Shown: positions 11,807 to 23,636, numbered from the stretch's first letter. The stretch: DNA of 64,000 bases from Minutocellus sp. GHC0000111 (GCA_977018835.1 OZ361259.1:4340001-4404000), one strand, 5' to 3'. Notes: generated from the sequence alone by a model not told the origin. Translations and numbers: made by a program.

Positions 11807-13211
11807 AAATAGAGCAGGTAATAAACCGCTGCATTTCACTCGGCATCGATGTTTTTTTGCAAAATCGCCTGAGTTCTGATGGTGCCTTTGGACCTGACTA
11901 GTTCTTCGTGAGACGTCTCGTCTTGTCTTGGCAATTGCGACGGCATCCCGTTTCGCGCTCTCTATGTCCTCTGGGAAAATGATGGGTGACACAAAGAGAT
12001 CGTCTGAAACCATTAAGTGCAAAACTTGACGATAAGTGGCCGCTGGCGGCAATTGTCCTGATGCAAACCATGGCATTTTGAGGCATGTGGAAGCAGATAT
12101 TCGATTCAGAGGGTCCAGCGACACAGTTGCATTCGCCACCTCCTTCAAATTTTGACATGTCCCTATCCTCGGCACACTTGCTTCGATGCCCTGAAATTCC
12201 CTAAGGTCAAAACGAATCTTACCAAAATCGGGCAAGGATGAAGCGCCTGGCCAATTCTTTTCCGATGGAGTGCCGAGGATGTCAAATATCCGATTCAATT
12301 GGTCGATGTCATTCCGTCCAGGGAACGTCGTCCGAAGAGTGAGTAGCTCGCAAAGGATTAGACCTGCGCCCCAAATGTCCTGAGAGGGATGAGCAAATAT
12401 CTCGCCAAGAAAAATTTCTGGGGCTCGGTAATTGATCGCGCAAAGCGCATGCGATGGGAGCTTCTCGCTGTCGTTGCCCTGATGGCTGCTTCTCTCCATT
12501 TCGCTGCCTTGTCGAAGTGAAGGACAAGCCGTGGCCAGTCCAAAATCACAAAGTTGAATACGCCCAATGGAACTAATCATAAAATTTGCAGGATTCACGT
12601 CGCCGTGGATAACACCGTGTTCATGACAATGCTGCAGAGCCGACATCATGTCTCGAAATATCGCCTTGACTGCGTCGTCTGGTATCATCCCACCGCAGGC
12701 ATCGCCCTCTCGAATGTTGTATCGTCGGCGCTGGATGGCCGGAGGGACAATAGGGAAATGCCAGTGATAGCCCCATCCCGCGACTGAGACCAGACTGTGA
12801 TGGATAAGCAGCGAGCAGCGGGACGATGCAAGAGTGCTTTCCGGATGCCAACGATCGGAGGGCTGCCAACTCGGCAAATGCCTCTCTGCTCAGCTGTGGG
12901 GGCTTGGCACTGCTGCTGTTGCTGGTTGTGTTTGCAGTGATGCCATCATCGGTACCAGTACCAGAATGAGCACCAGTCGCAGCAAATCCCCACGAGCTCG
13001 CCAGTGACGTGCCCTCCACGCTGGAAGCAAGGACGGCATTCCGTATCGTCTTGACAGCAGCGTAGCTCCACGATCCTCCTGTTTCAACACCGCCGATGGA
13101 GGTGTTGTTGCCGGTGCTACTAGGCCGATACAGGGCGATTGAGACCTCTCCAAAGCTCCCCGATGCTATGGATGTGTTCCCATACCTATTGTAATCGATT
13201 TCTTCAATCAT
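11723..13211 (-). pseudogene. CDK-like (CMGC) protein kinase, frameshift near 12745
   Basis: N-lobe in ORF 12621..13277 (ASGSFGEV, AAVK, ELAALR). C-lobe in ORF 11723..12877 (HGDVNPAN, DFGLA, YRAPE, DIWGAG, FPGRNDIDQLNRIFDILGTP). Confidence 0.82.
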
Positions 13212-13392
13212 GGCGAAAAAGGTTGCAAAATAATACGCATCCATGCGGTACCGGTGTACCTGTACCGGTGCCGTCATTCAATTCAACAATGAGATTGCTT
13301 AACGGTTGTTACCAATCTCCCTGAAACGAATTTACAATCGAGCGTGACGATGACGCATCAAGTTGCCATGTATGCCAGATCAGCTATCATTA

Positions 13393-13474
13393 GCATTGCC
13401 TCGCCTCGTCAGTTGCGCTTGCTACGTATGTAGCTTTGATCATCGACGCATTGCCTCGCCTCGTCAGTTGCGCT
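13393..13474 (+). repeat. 27-bp direct repeat in a divergent intergenic region
   Basis: gcattgcctcgcctcgtcagttgcgct at 13393-13419 and 13448-13474. Confidence 0.85.
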
Positions 13475-13538
13475 AGCTACGAGCTCGTACTAGCTAGTAC
13501 GTATGCGTAGATAGATCAGCACATTTCTACTCGCAAAC

Positions 13539-14470
13539 ATGCCCTCTTTTCGCACGCAAGTAGTTTTGCTTTATCAGGCATTTGCATTGACGAGAGCATT
13601 CTCGGACATCACCTGTTAGGGTTGTGGCGCCCCACAAAAGCTCCCAGGAAGTTACGTGAAGGGATTTACACGGTGGTCCGTGGAGAAGCTTTCCAGTGAA
13701 AGCCCAACTCTCCAAAGGCTGCCAACGGAGGGAGATGATAGCTTTTTGTGAACCCCACTTCGACGGAGGAAGTGTGGTGGCCAATGGACATTTCTAAACT
13801 GCAATCCCGTCCATGTTTGGATGTGCTGATACAAGGTGGGCAGCCCAAGTACGCAATGGCGGGTCTGACGGTGCGAGTTCCCGAAGAAGCATCGAGCGAC
13901 GGAAATGATTGGAGGAATTATGGATTAAATTCGCAGCCCCTTGCTGGGCAGTGGACGACGTTTGCCTTTGCCGTGGAGGGAGGATTTAGAGTTGAATGCT
14001 TTGTAGGCACGAGTGATGCTGACGAAGGAACAAAAGCCAATGACGCAAATAAGGAAGACGACAGCACAACGCTTTATGAGAGAATATTCCCCGGTGATCT
14101 GGGTGCGTTGAATGATCGACCAAGTGCCCATGCGATGTTTGCAGCTCAACGAACAAGCGATGCGTTGGAATCACTTGGCGTATTTCTATCGGGCATTGAT
14201 GATACATCTCCTTTGAGCGATGGATTTCATTTGGTGTCATATCCTCTTACTGATGACTGGATAGAGCTTCCGAAACTAAAGAGTGAAAAGGGATACAAGC
14301 TGCTTTGCGTGGCGACTGCAGAACCAGATGCCGAAAAGCTCATCGAGATGGACGAAGGGCTTGTCCAAATGACGGCTACAAGTGTCATGAAGGTTGATGT
14401 TTTGCCTACGGCTTCTGGGTCCGAGAGCGAATACTTACCAGCAAGTTATAAGCCTCTGTACAAGAAATAA
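13539..14470 (+). pseudogene. Hypothetical, probably plastid-targeted protein with a nonsense codon and a frameshift
   Basis: ATG 13539 gives MPSFRTQVVLLYQAFALTRA-F (signal + Phe). There is an in-frame TAG at 13617, the frame stays open to ~13745, then shifts into ORF 13748..14470. Confidence 0.6.
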
Positions 14471-15476
14471 AGTGTCAACGAAGCTGGCTTGAAAATTCTG
14501 AAATGTCTAGATCTATACAGATAGATGTTTGTTTTTGATGTAGTCAAGAGTAAACATTCTCATAAGTACGTACAAAAGTAGATCTACATGTAGATCAACA
14601 AAAGCAAGCAACACCCAACTTTTGGTTTTTGAGATCAAAAGAGAGTTCGTCCCCGAATTGTTGCCGCCTGCTGCCTTAATTTTCCTCCTGCCGGTAGATC
14701 TAGAGGAGCTCCTCTTGATCTAGATCTACGTGCGTCCACAATGAACCAACAGTAATATTTTTAAGCAAGAAAGCGCTTGCTGCATACACATGCTCAGCTA
14801 CACACACATGTGATTAGAGATTCTTTAATCATGTATGGATGGGCTGAAAAGCGAGAGAGACCGAAGACTTCAGCTTTTTGACATTTGCGACTGAGCTCAT
14901 AACCCATTTTGGACGGCGGACGTCTTGCCGCCGACCGAGACCGCACAAGTTGACACCCCTGTCGATCGTGTCCTCAGAAAACTCTGCCCGTCCATCTCGC
15001 CTGCCTGCCATCCATCTCCGCCTGGTGAACGACCATTACTGGTAGATCTACCTCTTCAAGATTGAACAGACCAACACTGCATTGAGTGATAATGATTTCT
15101 CTATATTTGTGGTATTTTATTTGTACAGTACGATCAATATATTCGTACAATAAATTAGCAATGATTTTTTTTTTTTTTTTTTGCGCATTTGATTGATTGA
15201 TAGCGATGATTGATTGCGTTGATCATAATAATGGTAGCAGATTGTAGCGTGTGATTTGTAGTAGTGGGTGTTGCAACTGACCAATTGGAAGGAGGATCGA
15301 TGATGAATGATGGTTTCTACCTCCGGCGGTCTCTATAGCAACTAGCTGTGATATGTTCGTGTGATCTAGAAAATAAATGATGAGAATGAAGGTGATGGCA
15401 TCCTCAAAACTGGTTAGCGTAGCTAGCGTAGATATGTATAGCTTCGACGTTGCCGGGCATGCCGATGCCCAGCTAG

Positions 15477-16535
15477 CTAGAAGTCCAGGTCGAAGACCTC
15501 ATCGGAACGGCAGTCCTCCTCGTCGTTGTCGACGAGGGCTGGGCCAGGGCCGAAGAGGGGCTGGGCGTTGTCCTTGGCGGCGGCGACGAGGTCGGGGAAG
15601 AGGGGAGGCGGAGCGCTCGAGGGACGGTCGGGCTCGCCGGTGAGGAACTCTCCGTAGGCCTCGGAGTGGGTGACGATCCTCCCGTTGGAGATGCGGCGGT
15701 TGCTGCGGCGGATGCTGGACGAGATGGCCGCCGTCGTGGTCATCATCCGGCTTGGCCGCTGCTGCTGATCTTGGAAATTGACGGCCCAGCCATCGTCGTC
15801 GTCGTCCTCGAGGCTGAGAGAGCTACCGGCCGACACCTCAATGTGCGACCGACGCGTCTGGATGATGTTCTCGACGCACCGGTCCGTCTGGAGGAGGTAG
15901 GCGCGGTGGTGGTTGGAGTCGTCGAGCGGGTCGGAAGACCTTGAGCTTGTGCTGGCTTCGGGACGACCCGCATGATCTGGTGACTCGTGCTTGTAATAGT
16001 CATCGTCGTCGTCTTCGTCGTCTTCGGAGAACAGGGACTCGAGGAGGCCGGGGTTCATATTACCCTCGGAGCTGCTCATGCGCTGCTGCATTTGGACGAG
16101 CTGGCGCTCCTGCAGCTGGGCACGCTGGCGATTTCGCATACCCTGGACGAGGCGGTGAAACATGGCCAGATCGCGCCATTCCGCCGCGACGGTGTCCTCC
16201 TGCAACTGGAGCTCGGATGCGGTCCGGGGAAGACGATTCTTGATGGGGATGGTCTTCTTGGGCGGATTGATCGGAGATCGGAGAGGACCGGCGGTGGTGG
16301 TGGGTTGCCTCGCGCCCTTTTCATTGGTCACCTCTGACATGCCTCTCCTGACATCTTGGAGGTTGAGGAGTGGAAAGTCTTTCTCGACCTTGGAAGTCCG
16401 TGGAAGCTGAAGAGGCGATCCCCGACGGCGCTTGGGAGAGGCAGACAAGGAGGACTTGTTCATGCTTGTTGACATGAGTGGTGTTGTGGTTGGATCAGAG
16501 TGCTCGCGGTGGGGGTAATAGTACGCATGCGCCAT
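15477..16535 (-). CDS. Hypothetical low-complexity protein of a diatom-type family
   Basis: 352-aa ORF with GC3-rich codons. Conserved-looking core RTASELQLQEDTVAAEWRDLAMFHRLVQGM and C-terminal EVFDLDF. Confidence 0.7.
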   Translation of the reverse strand: MAHAYYYPHREHSDPTTTPLMSTSMNKSSLSASPKRRRGSPLQLPRTSKVEKDFPLLNLQDVRRGMSEVTNEKGARQPTTTAGPLRSPINPPKKTIPIKNRLPRTASELQLQEDTVAAEWRDLAMFHRLVQGMRNRQRAQLQERQLVQMQQRMSSSEGNMNPGLLESLFSEDDEDDDDDYYKHESPDHAGRPEASTSSRSSDPLDDSNHHRAYLLQTDRCVENIIQTRRSHIEVSAGSSLSLEDDDDDGWAVNFQDQQQRPSRMMTTTAAISSSIRRSNRRISNGRIVTHSEAYGEFLTGEPDRPSSAPPPLFPDLVAAAKDNAQPLFGPGPALVDNDEEDCRSDEVFDLDF

Positions 16536-17015
16536 TTGGGGAATGGACGGAGAAAATGGGTGATGCCGGAAGATTCACCGGCTCCTTGCTTTGAATCACA
16601 AAATCAACGTGAACCACGAGATTTTGGCGCGATGCCTGCGCGATGCCGAAGAACAAGCAGCTGCTTCCTCAGATGCCGTCTCACCGGGTGTCACCTCTGA
16701 CATCGGCGACTCTTTTAGATACACAAAATCGAAAGAAGACCCGAACCAGCAGAACGAGCGCCGAACGAGCGCCGAACGAGCGTTTTGAGTCAGAAAGAAA
16801 TGCAAGAAATCCCTGAAAGACGCCGTCCGATTTTGTGAGGCCTGAACCGGACGACGGAAATGACGACACTCATGATTGAGCGAATGCATGCGCATAGGCT
16901 AGCGCATGCACGGTGATGTGATGCAAGCGGCCGATTCATTGACTCATACTGGCTTCGCTCTTGATACTTTTCGAGTTGTAAATTTAGAGATAGCACTCTG
17001 ACCCCTTCTTTCACC

Positions 17016-18287
17016 ATGTCCAGCATTGGGCCTGCTGGTGTAACCATCACCAACAGTAAGCGGCCCCGAAACGAGGATCGCGACCACCCACAACCGCCGC
17101 CACCCAAACGGAACATCCCCGTGAGCCTGGGCAAGCCATCGCTCCGTCTGCGGTTGGAGGCGTACTACTCCCTGATTGCGCCCGAGACCATTGCCGACGA
17201 GGCGTCGTGGAGGAAACGCTTCGGGCAGATCTACGACAAGTTCGGCGGGACCGTCGAGGGGGAGGCCAAGCTTGCGAAGAAGTATGGGAACAACGTACGC
17301 CTTTTGCTCACCACCACGACGACGACAACGACAAGTAGCAATGGGACAAGTATCGATGTGTCTAAAGATGCACAGACGCATGCAACAGCAAGTAATCGCA
17401 GCGAAGATTGGTATGAGTTGACAGCGTCGGAATTCAACAGCGGCGACATATCCTTTGTATCCAGCAGCTTCGATCCCTACGCGGCGCTCTCGGCGGACAT
17501 GCATGACGTGATGAAAGCCAATCCATCCGTTGGGCAGGCCCCGATGATTGACAATGTATCGAAATTCCGTCAGCTGTTGCCAAGGGAAGATCCACAGCAT
17601 TTGGTACCATCGAAGCGATCGGCCGCGGCCGCTGCTGCAACCAGAGCTCAACAAAAGGCAAAGGCTGCGTCGGGTACTTCCGCCGCTGTCACTCACAAAA
17701 TTGCAATCCCCGGTGCATTCACTGCACTGGCGGATCGATTCGACAAGGGACCATTCGCTCTGCTTCGGGATATTCACACCAAGAAGCAGCGGGTGCGCGT
17801 CATGGTCCGCTATGTCGACTGCATCCGGGGAACCTTGACTGGATACGTCCTTGCGTTCGACAAGCACTTCAATATGATATTGCGCGATGTCGATGAGGTG
17901 TATTCCGGAAGAGCAACCAAAGCTGGGGCTACCGATGAAAAAAATGGTGGGATTGGGATTGATGGGAAACTATCCAATGTGGAGGTTGAGGTCAAGAGAC
18001 GAACGTGCTTCGTGGGAGGAAGTGGTGGTGGTCGGAAGAGCAATACAAATGCGAACAATGACAACGGCTTATTGCTCAAGCGTCGTCATATCCAACAGAT
18101 GCTCGTCAGGGGAGATTGCGGGGTGATGATCTGGAGAGCAGACGAAGAGCGTTCGGCGTATCCACCGGCATCAGATTCCAACAACAGCGCAGCTCCAAAA
18201 GGGGGTGGCATGCCATCGGCGGGGGCTCTCTTGGCGGCTCGGGCTTGGTCGGCGACAGGGAAGAAGGGAAGAGGAAGGAGGAGTTGA
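17016..18287 (+). CDS. LSM11: Sm-like protein, Lsm11-like (U7 snRNP-type)
   Basis: N-terminal SSSFDPYAAL...DNVSKF. Sm1 motif GPFALL...RGTLTGYVLAFDKHFNMILRDVDE, a long insert, then Sm2 RHIQQMLVRGD. This is the Lsm11 architecture. Confidence 0.75.
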   Translation: MSSIGPAGVTITNSKRPRNEDRDHPQPPPPKRNIPVSLGKPSLRLRLEAYYSLIAPETIADEASWRKRFGQIYDKFGGTVEGEAKLAKKYGNNVRLLLTTTTTTTTSSNGTSIDVSKDAQTHATASNRSEDWYELTASEFNSGDISFVSSSFDPYAALSADMHDVMKANPSVGQAPMIDNVSKFRQLLPREDPQHLVPSKRSAAAAAATRAQQKAKAASGTSAAVTHKIAIPGAFTALADRFDKGPFALLRDIHTKKQRVRVMVRYVDCIRGTLTGYVLAFDKHFNMILRDVDEVYSGRATKAGATDEKNGGIGIDGKLSNVEVEVKRRTCFVGGSGGGRKSNTNANNDNGLLLKRRHIQQMLVRGDCGVMIWRADEERSAYPPASDSNNSAAPKGGGMPSAGALLAARAWSATGKKGRGRRS

Positions 18288-18605
18288 GATACAGAAATGA
18301 TAAGCGTCTTCACTAACTTACTTTTGGGTTCTCTTTCGCGATCTATATCTTCGCTATCTAATGGCGTGCTTTTAATGCATTACATGTACATGTATTGAGA
18401 TCTACATGTACGGCAATGACTTGCATGGTGGTTCATACCGCGAGTGGCTGGCTGGGTGGCATGGAGCAATTCTTGCAAGGCGCAAGGCCGTCACGAAAAT
18501 AACATTTTCAGGTCAATGGTATTTTCCATAAAATTCTGCGAAAACGCCAAGTCATCATGCCAATGCAGGCAGGTCACAACCCGAGCGTATTAGACGGCTT
18601 GACAA

Positions 18606-19706
18606 ATGACGGTTCAAACGCGACGAATGCGCCGCCTATCGCCCTCGGGGGGCAAGGCACCAATGGCGGAGGCAGTATCCTCCGACGATGAGCGAAGCGA
18701 GGGGTCGGGAGAGCACGAAATGAGTGTGTCTTCGGCAGGAGCAGCTGCTGCTACTGCAGGGGGTCCCGCCACCACCCCATCCACGGCAAAGGGACCGACA
18801 CCGCTGTCGGAGCACGGGGCTCTTCCGTGGACGGGGGCGCTGGCATGGCCGCTCCTCTTGACGCTTCCGTTGGTGCTGTCGAATCCATTGAGATTCACCT
18901 CCTACAGAGAAGTGTTCCCTTCGGACTGGTACGAGTACGATCCAGCCACCGACAAGCCCAAGCCGCTGGGACTCACTCTCGGCGTCCTTGCCGTGGCGGT
19001 CGGACAGCTCTTTGTTCTGGCCTTCTTCTATCTGTATCGGCACCGATACCTGACACGTGGTGTCGAACCCATGCCCATCCAGTCCAAGGGTGCGCGCCCG
19101 TACGACTTTGCCTAGGGGGTGCAGACGCACCTGTCCCAGCCCGAGGGCTTCGTCCTGCTGGTGGCCTACCTCTCCGTCACGTGGATGCTCGACCTGATGC
19201 CCAAGTCCTACTACTCCTTCGAGGGGTCCATCCAGTGGGGCAGCCTGTTCGCCTGCCTCGTCATCCAGGACGGAATCCAGGACGCCATGCACATGCTCGA
19301 GCACCGTCTCAGTCCGACCATCTACCAAAAGTCGCACAAGCCCCACCACCGCTTCACCAACCCCCGCATGTTCGATGCCTTCAACGGATCGTTGGCCGAT
19401 ACCATCCTCATGATCCTCATACCTCTGTACAGCACGGCCAACATCGTACGGACCTGCAACGTCTGGACCTACATGGCCTTCGGGTCGATGTACGCCAACT
19501 GGCTGACCATGATCCACTCCGAATACGCTCTGCCGTGGGACGGTGTGTTCCGACGATTCGGACTGGGTACGGCCGGTGACCACCACGTCCACCACAAGGT
19601 GTTCAAGTACAACTTTGGCCATCTGTTCATGTGGTTCGATATGCTGGGCGGCACGTACCGACGACCGGAGGCGTTTGCTCCCAAGCTCTTCAATGTCGGC
19701 GCATGA
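18606..19706 (+). pseudogene. Fatty-acid hydroxylase / sterol desaturase superfamily protein with one in-frame TAG
   Basis: His boxes HMLEH, HKPHH, IHSE and HHVHH. ORFs 18606..19115 and 19119..19706 are in the same frame, separated by TAG at 19113-19115. Confidence 0.8.
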
Positions 19707-19912
19707 TGATGCTGTGGAGGATTATTGTCCAGAGTACCGGCCACGGTGAAATGAGTGATTAGATGTGCGAAAGCTAAGATACGTAAATGTCTTTTATGTG
19801 CCACAATGCACCTGTAGCTTGATATTAGCTTTATATTTCGCTTACGAGAATATATATACAAATTCGCAAGCGTGATCCGAGTTCAAAACAAACCCAACCT
19901 CACCAAGTCTAG

Positions 19913-21610
19913 CTAGAACTCGCCACCATTGACAAAGTTGGTAATCATCTTGAGAGCCACTTCCGGCTGATCCGACGGCACCATGAGACCGGCGTCGTAG
20001 ACCTGGAGGAAGGTGAAGCCATTGGACGTTCTGGCCAGGCCAGACTTGTCGCCCCACTCGTGATCCTCGGCCTTGTTGAACTCTTCGGTGTGGTCCCAGT
20101 CCAATTTCATTGTCCAGGCACGGTTACCCAGGTAGTTGCAGATGAAGTCGACATCGCCGGCGTAGATGAGGACTGGGATGCCACCGTTCAACATATCGCC
20201 AATATACGGCGAGAAATCGTGCATCCAATCGCTGTGGAACTTCATGTTGATTCCCATGTTGCAGGATTCCCATTCGCCGGCCTTGTCGCTGACGTGAAGG
20301 GCCTCGCGGGTTGAGTCGAGGTTCATGAAGGTATTGACGTTGCTGAAATCGTAGCAGAGAGGAGGAGATTCGCACTTCTTGCGAATGTCGTACGGGTTGA
20401 GACCGGACATTTGGTAGGGAGAGGTTTCGGCGGTATTGCACACGATGAAGGCGCTCTGGCACGCAAAGGAGTTGAGAACACTATCACCATCGTTACACTT
20501 GTTGATGAGTGCCTCGCACGTAGGAATGGCAGACGTCATTGTGTTGTAAGTATCCTCAGAAACGGTCTTGATTCCGTGAGAGTTCTTGTATGCCATCTCG
20601 GCGTACCACTTGTACTGCTCCGCAGGGTTGGTAAGACCATTACCAACAGCCACACCACCAAGATTAATTTCGATCAAACCATCGGCAACATTCTTGTTCT
20701 CTTCGAAGACCTTGTGGGCGATTGCCGGTGCGTAGTGACCACCATAGGATTCACCCACAACAAACAAGGGATTGGCAGCATATTCGGGATGTTTCTTGTA
20801 GAATGCCTGGAGGAAGTAGTACGCATCTTCCGAAACCATCTTCTCGTTCTTGTCGGTGGCTTCGCCATACGAGTACCCCACGCCCGCCGGCTGGTCCAAC
20901 CACAGGACGTGTCCAGCCTCCGTCCAGCTGCTCTCCCTAACAACGGTGGACTCACCACTCTGATCAACCGAGCAGGGGCCATTCTCCGTCAAGAGAGCCA
21001 GCGAGGAACTACATCCCGGACCGACAGTCAGCCACACAATGAGAGGGATGTTGGATTTGTCTTCCATGCTCAGGGAGTCCGATCCACGCTTCTCGAAAAA
21101 CCAAAAGAAGAGATGCTTGTTCTCTCCGTTCTTGTCGTACTCGGATCCCTTGACATTCATGTATCCCGAGAGGGAAAGAGGCGAGGAGGCATCGCAAAAG
21201 TCGGGATCGACGGGCCCATCGGTCATCTCAAAGTTGAGTCCTGGAAGGAGCTCGTAGCTGCTGGTGCTGGTACCTTGGAGCGTTGCTTCGGAAGTGCTGG
21301 CCTCATCATCGCCAGCGCCAGCCTCCTTCACCGCCGATGGTCCCTGGCAGGTAAACACGCCACTGGGCAAGCTGTTGGCCTGCTCCTGAGTGTAGCACGC
21401 CGAGGGAACGGCGGCGCATTCGCACCAGAAGCACGAGCTGGAGAGGCACGATTGCTGATTCGTCAGTCCATTGCAGTCTTCTTTGGTGGAGAGGGGGTGT
21501 GGAGAATCGGCGGCGTCGGTTTCGGCTCCACGGACGGTCGAGGCGGATACCAGCATGCCCGGCGAGGCAACGGATGCACCCAGGACGAGGGATGCGAGGG
21601 AAAGCTTCAT
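19913..21610 (-). CDS. Serine carboxypeptidase (S10), secreted; catalytic His substituted
   Basis: Signal peptide, WLT[V]GPGCSS, DQPAGVGYS, GESYGGHY, GNGLT, GDVDFICN and AG[L]MVP. Confidence 0.9.
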   Translation of the reverse strand: MKLSLASLVLGASVASPGMLVSASTVRGAETDAADSPHPLSTKEDCNGLTNQQSCLSSSCFWCECAAVPSACYTQEQANSLPSGVFTCQGPSAVKEAGAGDDEASTSEATLQGTSTSSYELLPGLNFEMTDGPVDPDFCDASSPLSLSGYMNVKGSEYDKNGENKHLFFWFFEKRGSDSLSMEDKSNIPLIVWLTVGPGCSSSLALLTENGPCSVDQSGESTVVRESSWTEAGHVLWLDQPAGVGYSYGEATDKNEKMVSEDAYYFLQAFYKKHPEYAANPLFVVGESYGGHYAPAIAHKVFEENKNVADGLIEINLGGVAVGNGLTNPAEQYKWYAEMAYKNSHGIKTVSEDTYNTMTSAIPTCEALINKCNDGDSVLNSFACQSAFIVCNTAETSPYQMSGLNPYDIRKKCESPPLCYDFSNVNTFMNLDSTREALHVSDKAGEWESCNMGINMKFHSDWMHDFSPYIGDMLNGGIPVLIYAGDVDFICNYLGNRAWTMKLDWDHTEEFNKAEDHEWGDKSGLARTSNGFTFLQVYDAGLMVPSDQPEVALKMITNFVNGGEF

Positions 21611-22042
21611 GGTTGATGGCTACCTAGGTACTGTATCGGAACAAAAGTATCCAAGATGTGACGTTTTGTGCGCGGGTTTTCTCGGCTCCATTCACTTTGG
21701 CGAGGAGAGCTCGTAGAAGATTTAACAGCGAATGGACCTCGCGCGCGCCTCTATCCTGCCTGGCCGGCCGCGGCCTCTCGATCTCGGCCGTCCACTTCTC
21801 TTGCTACCGCTACCGGCAACCCAACACCGCTGGTCGGACTGCCACCTCCTCCTCCGCTTATCCATCTCGCGCACATTTCGTTAGATCCATTACTGGTGTG
21901 GTTGAAGGGCTCGAGAAGTCGTTTGGTTGATGTATCTACATACAATTGTATCTGAAGCCAATTAATTTGTATTAGTGCGTGGAGCTTCGCATTCGATCAG
22001 TCATCGTGGTGCGGCCCTCAAGTCATTCAACCCATTGAACCC

Positions 22043-23560
22043 ATGTCGGACCAAACGGTGTATGCCGAGGCTCTGATTGGCGCGGTGGCCCGAGCATTCT
22101 ACGAAGACGAACATGCATTGCTCATTGATACAATGATTCGCGACAAATACTTGAGAGACGACGACATGGGACCGCGCCTGTCGCTGCCCGCCAAACAGCT
22201 CCGTCGGGCTCTGCAGTTCCTCCAGGACGAGCAGATTGTCAAGTTCGAGCTCGTCAACGATCTGCGGGAGGGTGGATCGCAAACCACCAAGTACTGGTAC
22301 ATCGACTACAACCACGCCGTCAACGTCATTCGGCTGCGCATCTTCCTTCTCAAGAAGAAGCTCGAGCAGTCCGAGTTGCGTGCCCGGTCGTCCTCGGTGT
22401 ATTTATGTCCGGGATACAAGGAGAAGCGCTGCAACGGCAAATACTCCGAGACCGAGGCGCAGCAGATTGTCGACACGGAGAACGGTCTCTTCCTGTGCCA
22501 GGAATGCTACAACGCCAACGAATCCAACCCTGATGCGATACCCCGGGATGCCTACACCCTCCGTCTCATTGATAACACTCGAGACTTGAGGTTGGCCGTC
22601 GACAACGCCCGACGTGTCCACGTGCAGCTAAGTGGAAAGATAGTGGGCAACCAAGTTCTGCGACCGGGCATTTATGAGCTACTGCAAAAGGTCCGATCGA
22701 AGGGATCCGGTCCTCTCACCTCCAATCTTCCGTCGGAAAATATTGCTCTGGAGATCGGATCCAAGCGAATTGCCGGTACCGGTCGGACGGCTGGCATTCG
22801 GGCCAAGAAGCTGGAGAAGCAGGCCGCCGAGGCGGCAGCCAGAGGGGAAGGCGTTGGCGGAGGTCCCGGCGGAGCTGTTCGCCGCTACCTCAGTGGAAAG
22901 GGAGACGATGATTCCGATCTCAACTTCCTCAAGAATGCCATGGGTCAGGAGGTTGCCTTCCAGCTCGAGAAGGGCGGAGGATCCCGGGCCAATTTGCTGG
23001 CCAAGAGTATGTCTGGCCAGCAACGGAGCAAGTTGCTCGACGCTGCGGCTAGTCGCGTGGGAATTGAGGTCGATCCCGAAACGGAACTTACGTTGGGTCG
23101 GAAAAGGGCAAGGGAGAAAGCGGCGGCAGCGAGAGCAGGTCTGGGAGATGACGACGATGACGATGATAGCAGCGATAACGGTGAGGCAAATGGCAACTCT
23201 AAGAAGCGAGCCAGGAAGGATAGTAGCAATGGCAAGAAAAAGAAGGCGGCGGTACAAACACTCGATTTTCTCATTGACAACATCGGAAGAGGCGTTACCG
23301 CAGACAGTGAGCGCTTTGGAAAAATCAAGGAGGACGACGAAGATTCGAATCCTGACGACAGCGACGATGAAGAAGCCAATTTCGTATTGGATGCGACGGA
23401 TGAGTTCCGACGTCTTCCAGAGCAGGAGAGGAGAGTTCTCTTCATGGCACGATATCGAGAAGAATTGGCCAAGCAACTCAAATTACTGGCTGAAACTACT
23501 GCGTCATTTGGAATGGCTGGCGACGACGAAGATGATAGTATTGAGTGGGAGGAGGGTTAG
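22043..23560 (+). CDS. GTF2E1: Transcription initiation factor IIE alpha subunit
   Basis: N-terminal winged helix (VARAFY...YWYIDYNHAVNVIRLRI), zinc ribbon CPG...C / CQEC and acidic C-terminus ending IEWEEG. Confidence 0.88.
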   Translation: MSDQTVYAEALIGAVARAFYEDEHALLIDTMIRDKYLRDDDMGPRLSLPAKQLRRALQFLQDEQIVKFELVNDLREGGSQTTKYWYIDYNHAVNVIRLRIFLLKKKLEQSELRARSSSVYLCPGYKEKRCNGKYSETEAQQIVDTENGLFLCQECYNANESNPDAIPRDAYTLRLIDNTRDLRLAVDNARRVHVQLSGKIVGNQVLRPGIYELLQKVRSKGSGPLTSNLPSENIALEIGSKRIAGTGRTAGIRAKKLEKQAAEAAARGEGVGGGPGGAVRRYLSGKGDDDSDLNFLKNAMGQEVAFQLEKGGGSRANLLAKSMSGQQRSKLLDAAASRVGIEVDPETELTLGRKRAREKAAAARAGLGDDDDDDDSSDNGEANGNSKKRARKDSSNGKKKKAAVQTLDFLIDNIGRGVTADSERFGKIKEDDEDSNPDDSDDEEANFVLDATDEFRRLPEQERRVLFMARYREELAKQLKLLAETTASFGMAGDDEDDSIEWEEG

Positions 23561-23636
23561 CTCGTGTAAGATCTTTCTCCTTTTTTACTCTAATACAATA
23601 TTTCCTAATGTGCGAGACTTAAGCCATATTCATCAA

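Noticed and set aside
19113..19115. Stop-codon reassignment or programmed read-through (TAG here and at 13617, TGA at 43036)
   Set aside because: TAG, TGA and TAA all terminate intact genes in the window, and the stops co-occur with frameshifts and deletions. Decay or error is simpler.
20411..21616. Long antisense ORFs (also 5366..6268, 18636..19622, 22679..23476, 43992..44861, 44949..45698)
   Set aside because: Shadows of GC3-rich or TpA-depleted coding strands, with no recognisable motifs.
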